DNA of 64,000 nt from positions 51,832,001-51,896,000 of the forward strand of contig NC_059426.1 in NCBI RefSeq assembly GCF_021028975.2. The letters run 5' to 3'. Positions within the stretch are counted from its first letter, which is position 1; each line of letters starts with the position of its first letter. The stretch comes from Sphaerodactylus townsendi (Eukaryota). The position numbers were made by a program, and so were the translations under genes. The notes below the pieces were generated by a model. It worked only from the letters and a program-made list of their open reading frames with translations, had not been told where the DNA came from and did not search any database. Of this stretch, positions 35,151 through 48,421 are shown one piece after another.

Positions 35151-36643
35151 AGTTGGTCCCAATGGAAATGTCAGTGCAACAGGTAAAATTTCCAGTTTTT
35201 CTTTTGCAGTTTAGAGTTGATATTTTTTAATTTGGGTTGGAAGGAAGAGGACAAACCATAGTTGGTGGTTCAAAGGAAACATTTAGCCATATTTTTCTGC
35301 AAATGCAGCATTCTTCCAGGCTGTGCAAGGGGATGGGATGGGAGTTCAAAAAATGTGAGGATCTGATTACATAATCACAAATGAGGTATGTTATTTCCTA
35401 GTTTTCAAGAGGACAGGGAAGAATTGTAGGTGTGAATCCTAGGGACTAGTGATTTCACCATATCCTTTTTTTCTATTCATCAAAGTTATATAAAATCAGG
35501 AAGAGAAGAAAGATTTCCTTTATCCATTATGTGCACATATCATTGTGCACATATCACAATTTATTATTTCCAGACAAATCATTTTTAAAATTTAGTATTA
35601 TGTTTGTCTTTTAAGGGCTCTACATTATTGATCATTGTTGCAGAACAGAGTACTTAGCTAGCTATATACATTTTCCCTGTAAAGGCAGAAAAATAATGCT
35701 ATACTTTTACAGGAGCGGTTTTTACAGATAACTGAAATGTCTTGTGATACAGAATCTTTCTCATGTGCTGTAACACGTGGTTCCCTGCATGTGTCCCAGT
35801 GTGTCTGGTTTGCCTTTCCACTTTGCCACCCCCCCCCTCCCTTTCATGCCTGGAGTTTGGAGGGAGCTGTTCTTGGAATCCTTTAGGTGTTCAGTGATGC
35901 ACCTAGCTCTCTGGACTTTGAATTTTCTCTTTCAGCAGGCCAGCGCAGAGGGGGGAGTTTGGCTGAGGCCTGGGCATCTGAGAGAGAGGGGGCAGGAAGT
36001 TAAAATGTGTCTCCATGTGACCCAGGAAAATGGTGACTGGGTTGTCTGCCCCTTCTGCCCACCCAAGTTTTGCAGCACACTCTCATGTTTCCTGGGTACT
36101 CTTTGGGGGCAGAATCTGGGAGGGGAAAGTATCCCTGATGCTGTGACACCATTGTATCCTGGTGACATTTGAGGAATTGCCTCTATGTAAATATTATACA
36201 GTTCATAAAACTGGGGGACGGGGCGGGCAGGCAGTGATGTCAAAGAATCAAGGATGTTGTTCCCCCTATTTTCCCCCCTGATACTCAATAGAACACACAC
36301 AGCAGGCACCTGGCAACCATAGTCAGAAGACTGCAGTGAGGAGGGGCAAGGGGTGAAATTGTTGCCTTTCTCTTCTTACATCAGAGCTCTATTAATGCAA
36401 GAGGCAGGAGAGAGAGATTTCTCAGATTCCCTTTCTCAGATTCCCTGGCTATCACTCCACATGGGTTCTGTGACTCCAGGAATATGCTTACTGGAGATTA
36501 GAGAATGACTACTAGGAGCAGGAGAGAGCCGGAAAGACCAGCAGAGATCAGCACTTCCACTGATGAATCATGTGATACAACCAATAAAGACAGGAAGTTG
36601 CCACTTCTGTTAGGGCTGCCATGTTCCCTTGGCCACCTGCGGG

Positions 36644-36817
36644 CAGGGTTATCAAATCCAGGTTGGGAAACTCCTGGAGGTTTGGCGATGGAGTCCGGGT
36701 AGGACAGACCTCACTGGATTCCACCCTCCCAAGCATCCATTTTCTCCAGGAGAACTGATCTCTAGCTGGAGATGAACTGTAATTCCAGGAGATCCCATCT
36801 GGAGCCTGGCATCCCTA
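36644..36817. mobile_element. hAT-like MITE of the TAGGGTTGCCA-terminus family
   Basis: ccaggttgggaaactcctggag...ccattttctccaggagaactgatctct...ggcatcccta. Confidence 0.7.
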
Positions 36818-37177
36818 ACCTGTGTAGAAAATACTAGTCAGGTTCAGGTTTTGTGCGATTCTTGTATTTTTCTATTAGCAACTCTGAAACTTCCTTTAAC
36901 CCTTCCTATCCCTGTTCCTGTAACCAACAAGGAGGTTACTGGTTGTCTAGAGCACAATGCCCCTTTAGTCAAGATTAAGATGGGATCGGGGCTTTCTGAG
37001 TTGTGAACTTATCTGCTGCCCTGTCAAACTTGGCTTTGTAAGCCATAGCACAGACAATATTTCTTAAACTTAAATTTGCTTTTAAAGTGAAGCTGATTCA
37101 GTTGTCACTGTATTGCATTGAAGTCACATGAGGATGGAGGCCTCCAATTATAGGCTGTGGTAATAAAGAATGTGGGG

Positions 37178-37387
37178 TAGGGTGGCCAACATCCAGGTGG
37201 TGCCTGGAAATGTCCCAGAATTACAACTGATCTCCAAACTGTAGAAACAGTTTCTCTGGTGAAAACTACTGCTTTGAAAAGTGGACTATGGCATTATCGC
37301 TGAAGTTCTTTCCCTCACCAAACCATACTCCCCCCAACCCCCTAGCCCTCACCCCCAGGAAATTCCCAACCTGTAGTTGAAATCTGC
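37178..37387. mobile_element. hAT-like MITE of the TAGGGTTGCCA-terminus family (opposite orientation)
   Basis: tagggtggccaac...aattacaactgatctcca...gtggactatggcattat...ccaggaaattcccaacc. Confidence 0.7.
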
Positions 37388-38629
37388 ACGGGGCTTGCTG
37401 CAAATAAACAAATCGAAATGGAGGTCCTCAGCTTTCTAAGATTTTAGAATTTCTGTTTTACCATCACCTCAAATCAGCCCATATCTAGAGCTTAATTTTA
37501 TATTTTCTCAAATGAATTTTTTTTTAAAAAAATGTTACTTAAGACTCATGCTCCAAATAATTTTCACCTTTTTCCAGGGCTTGACAGTTGGGCAGGTTAG
37601 ACAACGGGAGTGACAGTATCAGCCCTCCAAAGCCTGGTTCATCTGATAAAGAGTTCATATTACCAGTTCAGTCAGGTTCTGTTACTTCACCCTTGCACAA
37701 ATTTATGAGGTCTAAGTTAAAAAAGAGAAGACCCCCCTCCCAACTTTCCTGTCCAAATTCGTTTATCCTTCTTGACAGATAAAAGAGGAAGAGGGATGTC
37801 TACACCTAAAATCAGGTTCATTGCCTTGGGGAAAATAATGGAGGTATGAGAACATTGTTGCTAATTTTAGACTAGAGTCCTCCTTTCCCCCCATCTCGAT
37901 TTTGGCAGGGAAAAGATACAGGCTGCTTATGGCACATGCATGTACCTGCCATATGATTACATCAGGGTTTGATTTAGCATTCCCTGTCTACGGCATCCAT
38001 ATTCTCCTCCTTAATGTATTGCTACAAGACTCTTTTATGACGTGTGATACGTGCTGAGATGGAAGGAAACAACTTAATGCAAACAGTTCCTAGTAACCAA
38101 ATATGTCTTTCCAGTCATCCATTGTTCAAAAGAAATCCAATGGCCTTTCATTAAATTATATTAAGTTCTCTGTCTTAAAAGTGCCTCTTAAACATAACCC
38201 AGTTTCTGGCATGATAAAGAGCACTTAATAATTACAGTTCAAATTACAGTTGTATTTATTGTTCATCTTGCAATCTACTGTGATTCACAAGTCTTCTCAA
38301 AGAAATGGTAAGTGCCTCACCTCTATGCACTTAGGCAGTACTGTCTTTACTATACTTTAGTAGCTACTGACATAATATTCTTCTTCAGAATCCGTTGTTG
38401 TTGTCTGGGCAGTTGATCAAAGCACTATCTGGAAGTGTGGAGTGAAGCAGGATTAGGAACACAGTTAAAGAATTTATAGGTATAAAATCAGTGATGGTTT
38501 CCAAGAGGCTAGACTAGCTTAATCCTAAAACCAGACTTTTTGTAATGTGGGAACATTAACAAAAGACAATGCCACTATCATGGGGGAATACAGTGTTCCT
38601 TCAATTTGGACTGCCACCTCATTACACAT

Positions 38630-38823
38630 TAGGATTGGCGAACCCCAGATGGGACCTGTAATTCTCCTAGAATTATAACTGATCTACAAAGGAGTTTCCC
38701 TAGAGGAAGTGGCAGTTTTGTAGGGTAGTTTTTATGGAATTTCATTCCTGCTGAGTCATTCATCAGGTTTGCCTTACTCAGGTACTAACCCAAATCTCCA
38801 GGGACCTGGATGTAGCAACCCTA
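38630..38823. mobile_element. hAT-like MITE of the TAGGGTTGCCA-terminus family (diverged)
   Basis: taggattggc...aattataactgatct...gcaacccta. Confidence 0.6.
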
Positions 38824-41169
38824 TATCATCATCATTTGTAGACTGATTCTCCAATTGCTTTGCATACCAGTTCCTCTAATTTTGCACTACTATAATCAGC
38901 ACTTGATAAGGAATAAGATTAGGTAGCACTAGCTTGTGAAGCCATGACATAATTTCCAGTAATGGCATCAAAACACTCTCAGAATTCCTCATAGGTTTGT
39001 TCTAGGGTACACAAGCCAGAAGTGATGTTACAACATCATTGGGCCAGTGGCATAATGTCACTTCTAGGGAAACCCTTCTCTGTAGGAGCCAGTGTGGTGT
39101 CATGGTTAACAGTCTTAGACTAATATCTGGAAGATCCAGGTCTTGATTGCCACATATGCTATGGATGCTCACTGGGTGACCTTGAGACCCAGATAGATGG
39201 TTCTGACACAGTGGAAAACAAGGCAGGGGCCCATGTGATGTATGTTTCTTTAAATAGGATTGTTCCCCTGGCACACATGATGTTCATAAAGCCTGGTGTT
39301 TTGTTATGAGCCGGTTGTTGCTCTCTAGTAGTTCTTGTTCTCTGTCTATGTTCAGAGACTTTGTGTGTCCAAGCTTCTCTTTCTATTAAACTCTGCTGCT
39401 GTCCTATGAGCATGTCTGTGGATTGCTGTGTTTGCTGTGACTAAGAGTCATTGCAGGCCAGGCATAGGTAGGAAGGGGTATGATCAGAAGGCACGACTAA
39501 GCTCAGACTTGGGGAAGTGCAGAATGGGAAAGACTAAGAGGTGACCCTGAGCAGCAGAGGAAATGACCAGGCCAGAGAGACATTCAGCAGGGGGGAGGGT
39601 CAGAAAATCTAAGTGTATCTAAGGTGTATCTAAGCAAGAACAAAGAATCAATGGTAAAGCACACATTCCAAAATTAGTTTTTAAGCTTACTTTTTATAAC
39701 AACTCCAAGCATTTCTAGCAGTGAAATTGGTAGAAATACTTCACTTTAGCAGTGCATAAGGATGTAGGTGCTATTCACCCAGAGGGCAAATTGAGATTAT
39801 GCTACCCAAAATAGAAACACCTGTTTGAGACATAGGAACAACTCACCTGCTCCATATTTTGCTTAGTGTGTGTTATGCTTGTACATGACACTTATATTCA
39901 GATTAGGTTATTCAAGGAACTAATTACCATTGCAGTTTTTGGTTTTAGTCCTGTTTTTCTGAAATCCGAAGAGTGGCAGTATTTATCTCTTTCCAAGAAG
40001 GGAGAAATATTCCTATGAATCTCCTAAGTCCAAGAAATGGACTTGGCAAAGTTTATTTGCATAGGTATGTATCGGTTATGTAAAACCACATCTTCACAGG
40101 ACTGGTAGCTGTGGGCCCCTTGAACCTATATCTAATTCACCTATAGCAATTCAGACATATACTAGAAATTAATAATTCATACAGGAAGTCTAGAATATTT
40201 CACAGAGAAGCACCTTTTGTTTCCTGGCACAGCTCTGCTATTATTGCTGAATGTATCACGGACAAAAATCTAATGAAGCAGCAGAATAATGTTTAGAAGT
40301 TTCATAGACAGGGCTCAGATTGAAAAGGGCTGAAGTTACTAGCACTTGCCAAGACTGTTCTTGTCTCATATCTGTTTTCACAGGATTGAATACTGCTTGT
40401 CAGTCATCACCCATTGTGCTCTTAGTGCATGTAATAGAAAGGCAGGGTTTAAATCCTCTAAATCTTTTCTGCCTTCCTGTGTGGTGTTTGGGCATACAGG
40501 TCTGGCATTAGGGTTAGATATGGTCTTTTGGCTTTGGGAATGATGTGTCCTTGTTATTGAAGACAATTGTCTCTTCACTGGCATGGGCCTTTAACAATGG
40601 AGGCATGGGCATCTATCCAGATCTGTTCATGTTTATTTTACTTCAAGTTTTCTGGATGGAAAAATTTGTTTGCATTTTGTGCCACAAGATTATCTTGCTT
40701 CAATAAGTGATTTCAGCATAATGCAAACCAACAATACAATAAGAATGGCGTATGCCCACCATGGCACTTTTTTTTTTGTTTAATTGAACCCTCATGACAA
40801 ATCACATTTGGGGAACAATGTTGCTCTATGGGGCTTACTCCCAGAAAATATTATGAGGACTGTAGCCTTGGCTAGCAAGGAAGTTTAAAATCAATGTGTG
40901 GTATGGAATTGTGGGTGCATCGTTCCAAATCAAAAAGCCTGTAGGTAGGACATAGATTTTGGTGATTCCCAAAGCAAGTCTTTGAACTGCTATGGCCCAA
41001 GTATTCTGGGCAAGGCATTGGGCTGGTAAAAAACCCTGGATGCATGCCCAGTGAAGTCACTGAATTCTGTTTAAGATTGCACTACAAGTGCCGTTTTAGA
41101 CTAGCAATCCCCAAAATATAGCATGAAAACGACAATTCTTCCTTTCCCTGGTATCTGGTGTATAGAGGT

Positions 41170-41362
41170 GTGTGTGTGTAAAGTGCCATCAAGTTGCAGC
41201 CAACTTCTGGAGACCCCAGAGGGTTGTCAGGGCAAGTGAATAATCAGAAGTGGGCTGCCATTGCCTTCCTCTGAAAAGTCTTGCTCGGTGGTCTCTCATC
41301 TAAGCACTGACCCTAATTAGCTTCTGAGATATGATGAGATCAGTCTGTACCAAACCATTCCA
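41170..41362 (-). mobile_element. 5S rRNA-derived SINE
   Basis: ggtggtctctcatctaagcact...ttagcttctgagatatgatgagatc is a reverse 5S-like head; the tail aaagtgccatcaagttgcagcc follows a (TG)n run. Confidence 0.7.
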
Positions 41363-42744
41363 CATCTCTATATAGAGGTATAATGCTTCTTAATTTGGAA
41401 GCTCCATTTTGCTAAAAGTGACTGTGATTTTAAGTGTATCTGAAAATTTAAATAAGTTTAAATAGGTTTTCAAGTATATTGTATAAAATAACTGAATTAA
41501 AAGCCTTTAACATTGTAGCAACAGAATTGTTTATCCTTTAGGGCCATTTTGGTAGAGCAAGATCTCTCCTTCCTCCTCCAGTGTTTCAGATCATTATTTC
41601 TCCAAAGTAGCTATTTACCTTAATAAAATATGGCACTTTTGACATGATTAACTTGCTATAGTTATTGTGAATTATTACGAGTGTTTTAACTAATATAATT
41701 AATGCATCATTAGTAGGATTTTAATTGCTGCTGAGAATGTAATATCCCCCACAACTTAAATGGGTTTTCTTGCTCTCCACGTTCTGAAACTCTAAATGGG
41801 TCCTGTTGTTCATCTTTTTGGGATTGTTTTGTTTTCAGTCTATCTTATTTAAGGTTGGCAAACAACCCCCTCCATTCTTTTTGCTCACTTCACCTGCAGC
41901 AGAGAAGAAAGTAGCTTGACAATAACCTGACTAAGAAATCTGCCAGTTTAGAAAATTTATTGTGACTGTTACAAAAAGTCTGTTGTTTTGAATTGAAGCT
42001 TTCTTTTGAAACTTCTCATCTCACTAAAGACTTTATCACTTTATTACGAAACTGTACCTCTGGGCTCCGATTATCAAGGAAAGTTGCAATAGAATTTGAC
42101 AGATAACCAGTCTCTAGTCTCTGCAATGCATTTTATTTATATCAGACCACAAAGAATTCCTCCCTCTTAAAGCTCATGGAAAAATGTTCAAGGTTTGCAA
42201 CAGAGAAAACAATCTGGACAAAAGAACAGAAAAAAAAAAGAATCTATTTCTTTTTGGCATCCGTGGATAAAAAAGGAAAGCTATCTTTAAGAAAAGATAA
42301 TGGAACATGTTTTCCCTTTTTCTATGCTAACTTTTGTGCAAGCCACAATAAATGTACCTATTTAACATGGACCCAGTTTTGTTCTCCCTGTATGAGTACT
42401 CATGAGCTAAATGTCACAGAGCAGTAATAGTTACGCTCTGCTCTGCAGATTACCAGAATGCTTTCATATGGTCCATATGTCCAAAAATAGAATACTATAG
42501 TAAAGCTACTGTCAGACTCTGACAGTTACAATGACAAAAATGTATTTATGATGGGCAAAAGATGCTAAAATAATGTCTTGTTTGGGGGAAGTGCTTTTAA
42601 AATAATAACACATGCCCCCCCCCCCCCGTGATATTTTTGCTGGATTGTTTTTCATGTACATGGTTGGGTACAACAATCATACCCAGTGCTTACTGCGTCA
42701 CCTCTGATTGATTTGTCTTTACAAGTACGTCTTCAGTAGATCAG

Positions 42745-44625
42745 CCTTGATACAGTCAAGAGATTGCTTTTTCTATTCAGGCCTGGGCTTATAACGGAGT
42801 GGCTTTGGTCACCAGACTGGTGATCTTTGTAGATATCTTTGTGGAATGGACCCCTGTGATTTCCCTAGACTTCTCAGCAGCTTTTGATACCATGGACCAT
42901 GGTAACCTTCTGGAAAGGCTGGCTGGGTTAGAAGTAGGGGACAGCACAGTGGGGTAACTAGGCAAACTGGAGCCCTGGGCAAAACCTGAGTTTGATGCCC
43001 CCCCAATGCCCAATGCAATGTGCACCCCCCCCCCTTGTAGCTACGCCCAGTGGAGTATCTAGGCAAACTGGAGTTTGGCGCCCCCCATGGGCAGCCACCC
43101 TCCCCCACTGTGACCAAGCAATGATTTTTTACACCAGGTTGTTTCAAAGTCACCATCACATTATAGAACATGCCCCAACTCACAAATCTGAACACAGCAT
43201 TAAGCCATGCCACACAGCAGAAATAATTTTTTGAAAACATTTTCAAAATGCTTTCAAAATGTTTTATTACTGCTATGAAAACATTTTATGGTGTTGTATC
43301 CAGTCCCCCCCAATTGGGGGAAACAGCATCACTTTCAATGTTTCAAAGGAGAATCTGGGCTCCCTAGTTTAAACAAGTGATGCTGGAATCCACCCCCAAA
43401 CAGCGTCATTTTCAATGGTATTTAAACGAGGGAGCCCAGATTCTCCTTTTAAATCCACCTTAAAGGGAGAATCTGGGGTTCCCAGTTTAAACAACATTGA
43501 AAGTGATGCTATTTTGGGGTTGATTCTCCCCCACCCTGAAATAGCATCACTTGCAATGTTTAAACTGGGGACCTGAGATTATCCCTTTAAATCCATGTCA
43601 AAGGCGGGGGGGGGGGATTTAAAAGAAAAATCTGGGGAAATTTGGGAGGTGCCTGCTGGCAGGGGTGCAATTATTAAGCTAACAGCACCAAACTTTCAGG
43701 GTACCTTTAGGAGACTCCCCCAATGATACCACCCAGGTTTGGTGAAGTTTGGTTCAGGGGTCCAAAGTTATGGACCCTCTAATGTGTAGCCTCCATCTTC
43801 TGTTAGCTCCCATTGGAAACAATGGGTGATGGGGCACCCCCTTTGGGAGTCCATAGCTTTGGACCCCCTGGACCAAACTTCACAAAACCTGGGTGGTATC
43901 AGTAAAAGATTCTCCTGATGATACCTCCCAGGTTTGGTGAAGTTTGGTTCAGGGGGTCCAAAGTTATCGACCCTCAAAGGTGTAGCCCCCATCTTCTATT
44001 AGCTCCCATTGGAAACAATGGGGGATGGGGCACCCCCTTTGGGAGTCCATAACTTTGGACTCCCAGAACCAAACCTCACCAAACCTGGGTGATAGCCTCA
44101 GGAGATTCTCCTGAAACATCCCTGACATTTTGGAGCTGCTAGGCTAAAAACTGCGCCCTCTGCAGGCCAAAACCGGAAAAACACTGAAAATACAAAAAAT
44201 CCCACAAACGAACCTGCAGTTTTTGCGCCCCCCCACAGGGCTGCGCCCAGGGCAACTGCCCACTTTGCCCAAGGGGAGGAACGCCTCTGGGACAACATGT
44301 TTCAGTAGTTTCAGCTGTACTTGAACAACCAGTTCCAGAAAGTGGTGATACAGCCTGCTACTTACCCCTGTGGCATTTATGTTATGGGCTCCTGTTGTCT
44401 CCTTGTTGGCTAACATCTACATAAAACCTCTTGAAGAGATCATCGCGGGATTTGGAATAAGGTGTGTGCTGCTAATATGCAGATGACACCCAGCTCTATT
44501 TTTCGGTAAGACCCGAGCCAGGTGGACATGTGGATATCCTAAACAGGTGTTGGGAGAAAGTAATGAGATGGATGAGGGTCCATGTGCTTATTCCAGACAA
44601 CACTAAGGACATGCTAGTCAATACA
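42745..44625 (+). mobile_element. Old L2 LINE reverse-transcriptase fragment split by a hAT element
   Basis: LDFSAAFDTMDHGNLLERLAGL (about 42865-42930) continues after 44290 with NIYIKPLEEII and YADDTQLY (about 44477-44500). Confidence 0.85.
42947..44289. mobile_element. Non-autonomous hAT element (1.34 kb) with internal palindromic repeat arrays
   Basis: Ends CAGTGGGGTAACT / AGGAACGCCTCTG; 8-bp TSD GGACAGCA / GGACAACA; internal foldback units at 43320-43570 and two units of about 195-bp period at 43731-44090. Confidence 0.85.
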
Positions 44626-46147
44626 AAAGCAGCTCAAGGACCAAAGAGTCACACTTTTTATCTTTCTTTCAACTGCAACAAGAATGTGAGCAGAATTTAC
44701 TGGAATAAATGTAGGTTTTACCTTTTTGGCAATTTGCTTCTTGGGAGGATTGATTTTACTGCACTCAATATTGCAATTCCATTCCTGGGCAAACTATGCT
44801 ATATTAACCAGATATACCCAACAGTACTTTCCATAGTACCTTCCATAGTAAATACTAGTTTAGTGCTGGAAATCAGTACTATGGTATGTTAAACACACCC
44901 ACAAATGAAACCAAGTTGAAGACACACTAGAGAATGGAGGAGTTGGAGAACATCAGCTATTACATAAAACTATCAGCTATTGGGAGGACTGCAGAGATAT
45001 TGATCTCTAAATATTTGAGTTCATCTGGGGCAATTATACAAGTAAAAACAATTTTTTCTATTAGATTTCAGAATATGCAATCAGTGGACAGTTTATTGAC
45101 TTTGAATACCACTGGTCCCTTTGTATATTTGAGGTTTGATATACAGGTAATAGGTAAGCCCAGTATGCAGAGAACAGCCATGAGAAAGGGCAAGTCCCAT
45201 CAGAAGAGGCTGCTGGAACAGAAAATCCAGAAAAGACTAACAAGCTCACATATTTTTGCATAACAAGGTCCATCTTTCTTCACAACAGGTTCTCCTTAAC
45301 TGGGGGAGAGTAGGCACTTCCAGTCGTCAGGATGGGCATACGTTTTAACACTGCAGTCAGTCTTTTTTAAAATTAACTTTCTTTTTCATGTCTTTTTGTG
45401 CTGGCCTTGTTATCTCATTATACCTCATTCTCTCAGAGAAACAGCTTTCCCACTTCTGGGGACTGTATGTATATTATCTACTGATGAGGCTGTAATTTAT
45501 ACATTCTGCTCAGTTTATAAGCTTCTGAAAACCAAATGTCTAACAAAAATAAGAATCAGGGGTGAAAAAGAGAACTTATCCACCAAATAATCCAGACCAA
45601 CCAAAATTCGAACAATGTAAATTAACTTTTTCAGTAGCCCTGCAAGGTTTGGAGCCCTTCCTAGCAGTAGTTGCTATCCAAAACTATTTTTCACCTTTAG
45701 AGGAAAGCTCAGAAAATGAGGTGGAATGGTAGAATAACTAGCATGTTAAGGAAGTGCCAGGCAATGAATTTCCTGTGAGCTTCTTAGAGATCTGTTCCAG
45801 GAGGGCCAGTGGTTAGTTGCTAGTAATCCAAGTGTGAATAATGCACAGGTTTATACCAGTATACTAAAACACATATTCATTGTACTCCTTTGTATATTTT
45901 TGTACTTGAGATCTCACACATTCTGCCTAATAAAGAAATCACAGTGATTGGTAGTTGGGCTGCTGAAACAGTATGCATGATAAACGCATGATAAATCATC
46001 ATGTTATTTATCAGTAATGCTAAATTGTATGGTTTCAGTTATACAAATAGGCTTTCTGATTTGGGCCTTTTGCTTTCTTGTTCTGAATTTGGCTGCAATT
46101 TAATTCCATAACTGTAGAAGGTTGCAGGCTTCTGATTTGTATCTGTT

Positions 46148-46339
46148 CTATGTATTGTCGAAGGCTTTCACGGCTGGAATCACTGGGGTGCTGTGTGGTT
46201 TCCAGGCTGTATGGCCGTGTTCTAGCAGCATTCTCTCCTAACGTTTCGCCTGAAGATGCCAGCCACAGATGCAGAAGAAACGTCAGGAGAGAATGCTGCT
46301 AGAACATGGCCCTACAGTCCGGAAACCACACAGCACCCC
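46148..46339. mobile_element. Second Penelope-derived inverted-repeat insert (same family as 32065)
   Basis: Same tattgtcgaag...ggggtgctgtgtgg arm; TSD TGTATCTGTT/TGTACCTGTT; + strand hammerhead core CTGAAGA (46250-46256) and GAAACGTC (46277-46284) with damaged stems. Confidence 0.85.
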
Positions 46340-46614
46340 TGTACCTGTTGTCTTAAACTTAAGTAAAGAGAACAGGTATAGACTAGGGGCCTGCAAATAT
46401 GTATTTCCCCTTTTTAAAGAACTTGAACAGCTTGCATATGATCTTCAGGTGGTGTCACCAGATCTGATTAGTTTGGGCAATAACATTTGTGTTATACATT
46501 ACTTCAGTCCATTCCTTTTTCTGCGTATATATAATTGTGGGACAACTGCCAAGAACTCTTATCATAGTTTTGCATTATGAATTCCGGTAACATTGAATTG
46601 TACTACCGTAAAAA

Positions 46615-46968
46615 TAGTTTCAGGTGGGTAGCTGTGGTGGTCTGCCGTAGACGAGCAAGATCGAGTCCATTAGCACCTTAAAAACCAACAAGATGTCCAG
46701 GATATAAGCTTTCAAGAATCAAAGCTCCCTTCATCAGATACAGGTAGGGATGAAGATCCTGAGCCCTTTTATCCCAGTCAGAAAGTAGGAGGGGCAGTGC
46801 AAAGATGCAGGGCAAAGTGTGGAGCAGGGAAGAGATGCTTGGGGGCAGAAAGTTAGTGTCTGTAGTGAGATATGAATCCTGTGTCCCTGTTCAGCCCTAG
46901 GGAGTCTATTGTATTGATTTAAAGGCTCCAGGATTTTATCTGATCTGACAAAGGAAACTTTGACTTGT
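46615..46968 (-). mobile_element. Penelope-like element fragment of a different family
   Basis: gagtccattagcaccttaaaaaccaacaa...agctttc...cttcatcag terminal region; partial inverted copy ctgacaaaggaaactttgact at 46945-46965. Confidence 0.65.
46701..46741 (-). ncRNA. Minimal hammerhead ribozyme motif (second Penelope family)
   Basis: Minus strand GTAT-CTGATGA-A-GGGAG[CTTTGA]TTCTT-GAAA-GC-TT-ATAT; palindromic AAGCTT stem III; stem II relies on G-U pairs. Confidence 0.6.
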
Positions 46969-47356
46969 ATCTTTCTGGCCTATGTGATGGATATAAAAGA
47001 GCCAGAGCCTATGACAGCTCCTTCCCCCCCAAAACAGACAAAGTGTAATGTAGATATTACTTCAAAGGCCTTTCACTGTTAAGAAATAGCTCTGTTCAAG
47101 CAGCCATAAGGGCTTGGTTTTTCTCTTTTCTGTACATAAAAATAGCAATTTTAGATCCTGGAAAAAGGGAGGGGAAGAGTAAGACTTTTGAGAGGGTGGG
47201 CATAAGATCTCTCCCTTTCCCTCTCCCTCTTTTGGGAGAAATGATGTGGGATAGTTGGTTTTCTCTGCCTAGTTGTAAATAAATAATCTAGCATATATTG
47301 CTCCACAGGGAACCAATCCTGGTATGTGCTGTCCCTGGAACTCCTCTCTGTTCATG

Positions 47357-47497
47357 GGCCCCTTCCGCACACGCAAAATAATGCGTTTTCAAGCCACTTT
47401 CACAATTGTTTGCAAGTGGATTTTGCCATTCCGCACAGCTTCAAAGAGCACTGAAAGCAGTTTGAAAGTGCATTATTCTGCATGTGCGGAATGAGCC
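47357..47497. mobile_element. PIF/Harbinger-like MITE (related to 9261-9410, opposite orientation)
   Basis: TIRs GGCCCCTTCCGCACA / TGTGCGGAATGAGCC; shared internal ttcacaattgtttgcaagt. Confidence 0.8.
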
Positions 47498-47893
47498 TTG
47501 GAATAAGGGATCATGTGACAGTATGGATGCCCAGGTGGTATAGCAGAGAATTTTCTTGATCTTGGTTTGCCATTAACTAATTAGATTCCATTATCACTTG
47601 GCAACAATATTCCAATACAGTGTTGTTATTGCAGCAGGAGAATACCATTACAAATCAGTTTAAGAAACTCTGTGGAAGGAAATAGATATATTCATAGGAG
47701 TTCAGAACTGTGTTATATGTGGCAGCAATATCTGGAACTGCCTTCATAGGCTTTTAATGTCCTTGGGCTTTTTCTTTTTGTTGTTCAAGTTCTAAAACAA
47801 GGATAACTGCTTCTAGACAGAATTGCTTTGCTTTTGTAAATATTAATGAGATATACTTCAGACTCTTGCATTTTCTCTTTAGTTGGATTCACC

Positions 47894-48421
47894 TGTCATG
47901 AGCCAGCCCCTGGGCACTGACCTGAGCACTGAGGACTCTCTGTATTGGGCACTGACCAGCGCACTGAGGACTGTCTGTATTGGGCACTGACCAGGGCACT
48001 GAGGACTGTCTGTATTCAGAGCTTACTCCTCACGAGGAAATGCAGGCAGCAGAGCCAGTTCCAAGCCCTTCCTTGCAAGCTCAGACAGAGCCTGATGCCG
48101 TGCAGCTGAAAGAGCCTTCAGGAATCTCAGAAGTGCCAAGTAGCAAGCCAGCTGCTCAAGGGTGGCAAAGACAGAGGCTACAACTACAGAAATGGTACAA
48201 ATGCTCTCATTGCTGCAAGGTATGGCAGAAGGCTCTGTCAGATGGGGGCATCTGTATCTGAGGAGGATTGAACTCTTGCAGGATCACAGCCTCATTAGCC
48301 AAGACTTTCTATGTAAACCATGGGCTTGGCTCTGCCTGGGTGCAACAAGTATATTTCCTGGTAAGCTCCATGTGCCTGGTCTCCCTCTGATCTCTGCCCA
48401 CATTCTAGTTCCTGCAACACA
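47894..48421 (+). mobile_element. Probable solo or partial Gypsy-type LTR
   Basis: Starts TGTCATGAGCC (the same TGTCATG start as the LTR at 1188) and is GC-richer than the flanks; end near CAACACA is uncertain and the TSD is not clean. Confidence 0.5.
47911..48016. repeat. 35-bp minisatellite, 3 copies
   Basis: tgggcactgaccNNNgcactgaggactStctgtat at 47911, 47946 and 47981, with no spacers. Confidence 0.95.

Noticed and set aside
39205-39442. Solo LTR
   Set aside because: Has an ATTAAA and LTR-like composition, but no clear TG...CA ends or TSD.
47911-48016. 35-bp repeats as a CRISPR-like array
   Set aside because: Units are contiguous with no unique spacers; eukaryotic context with no cas genes; an ordinary minisatellite.
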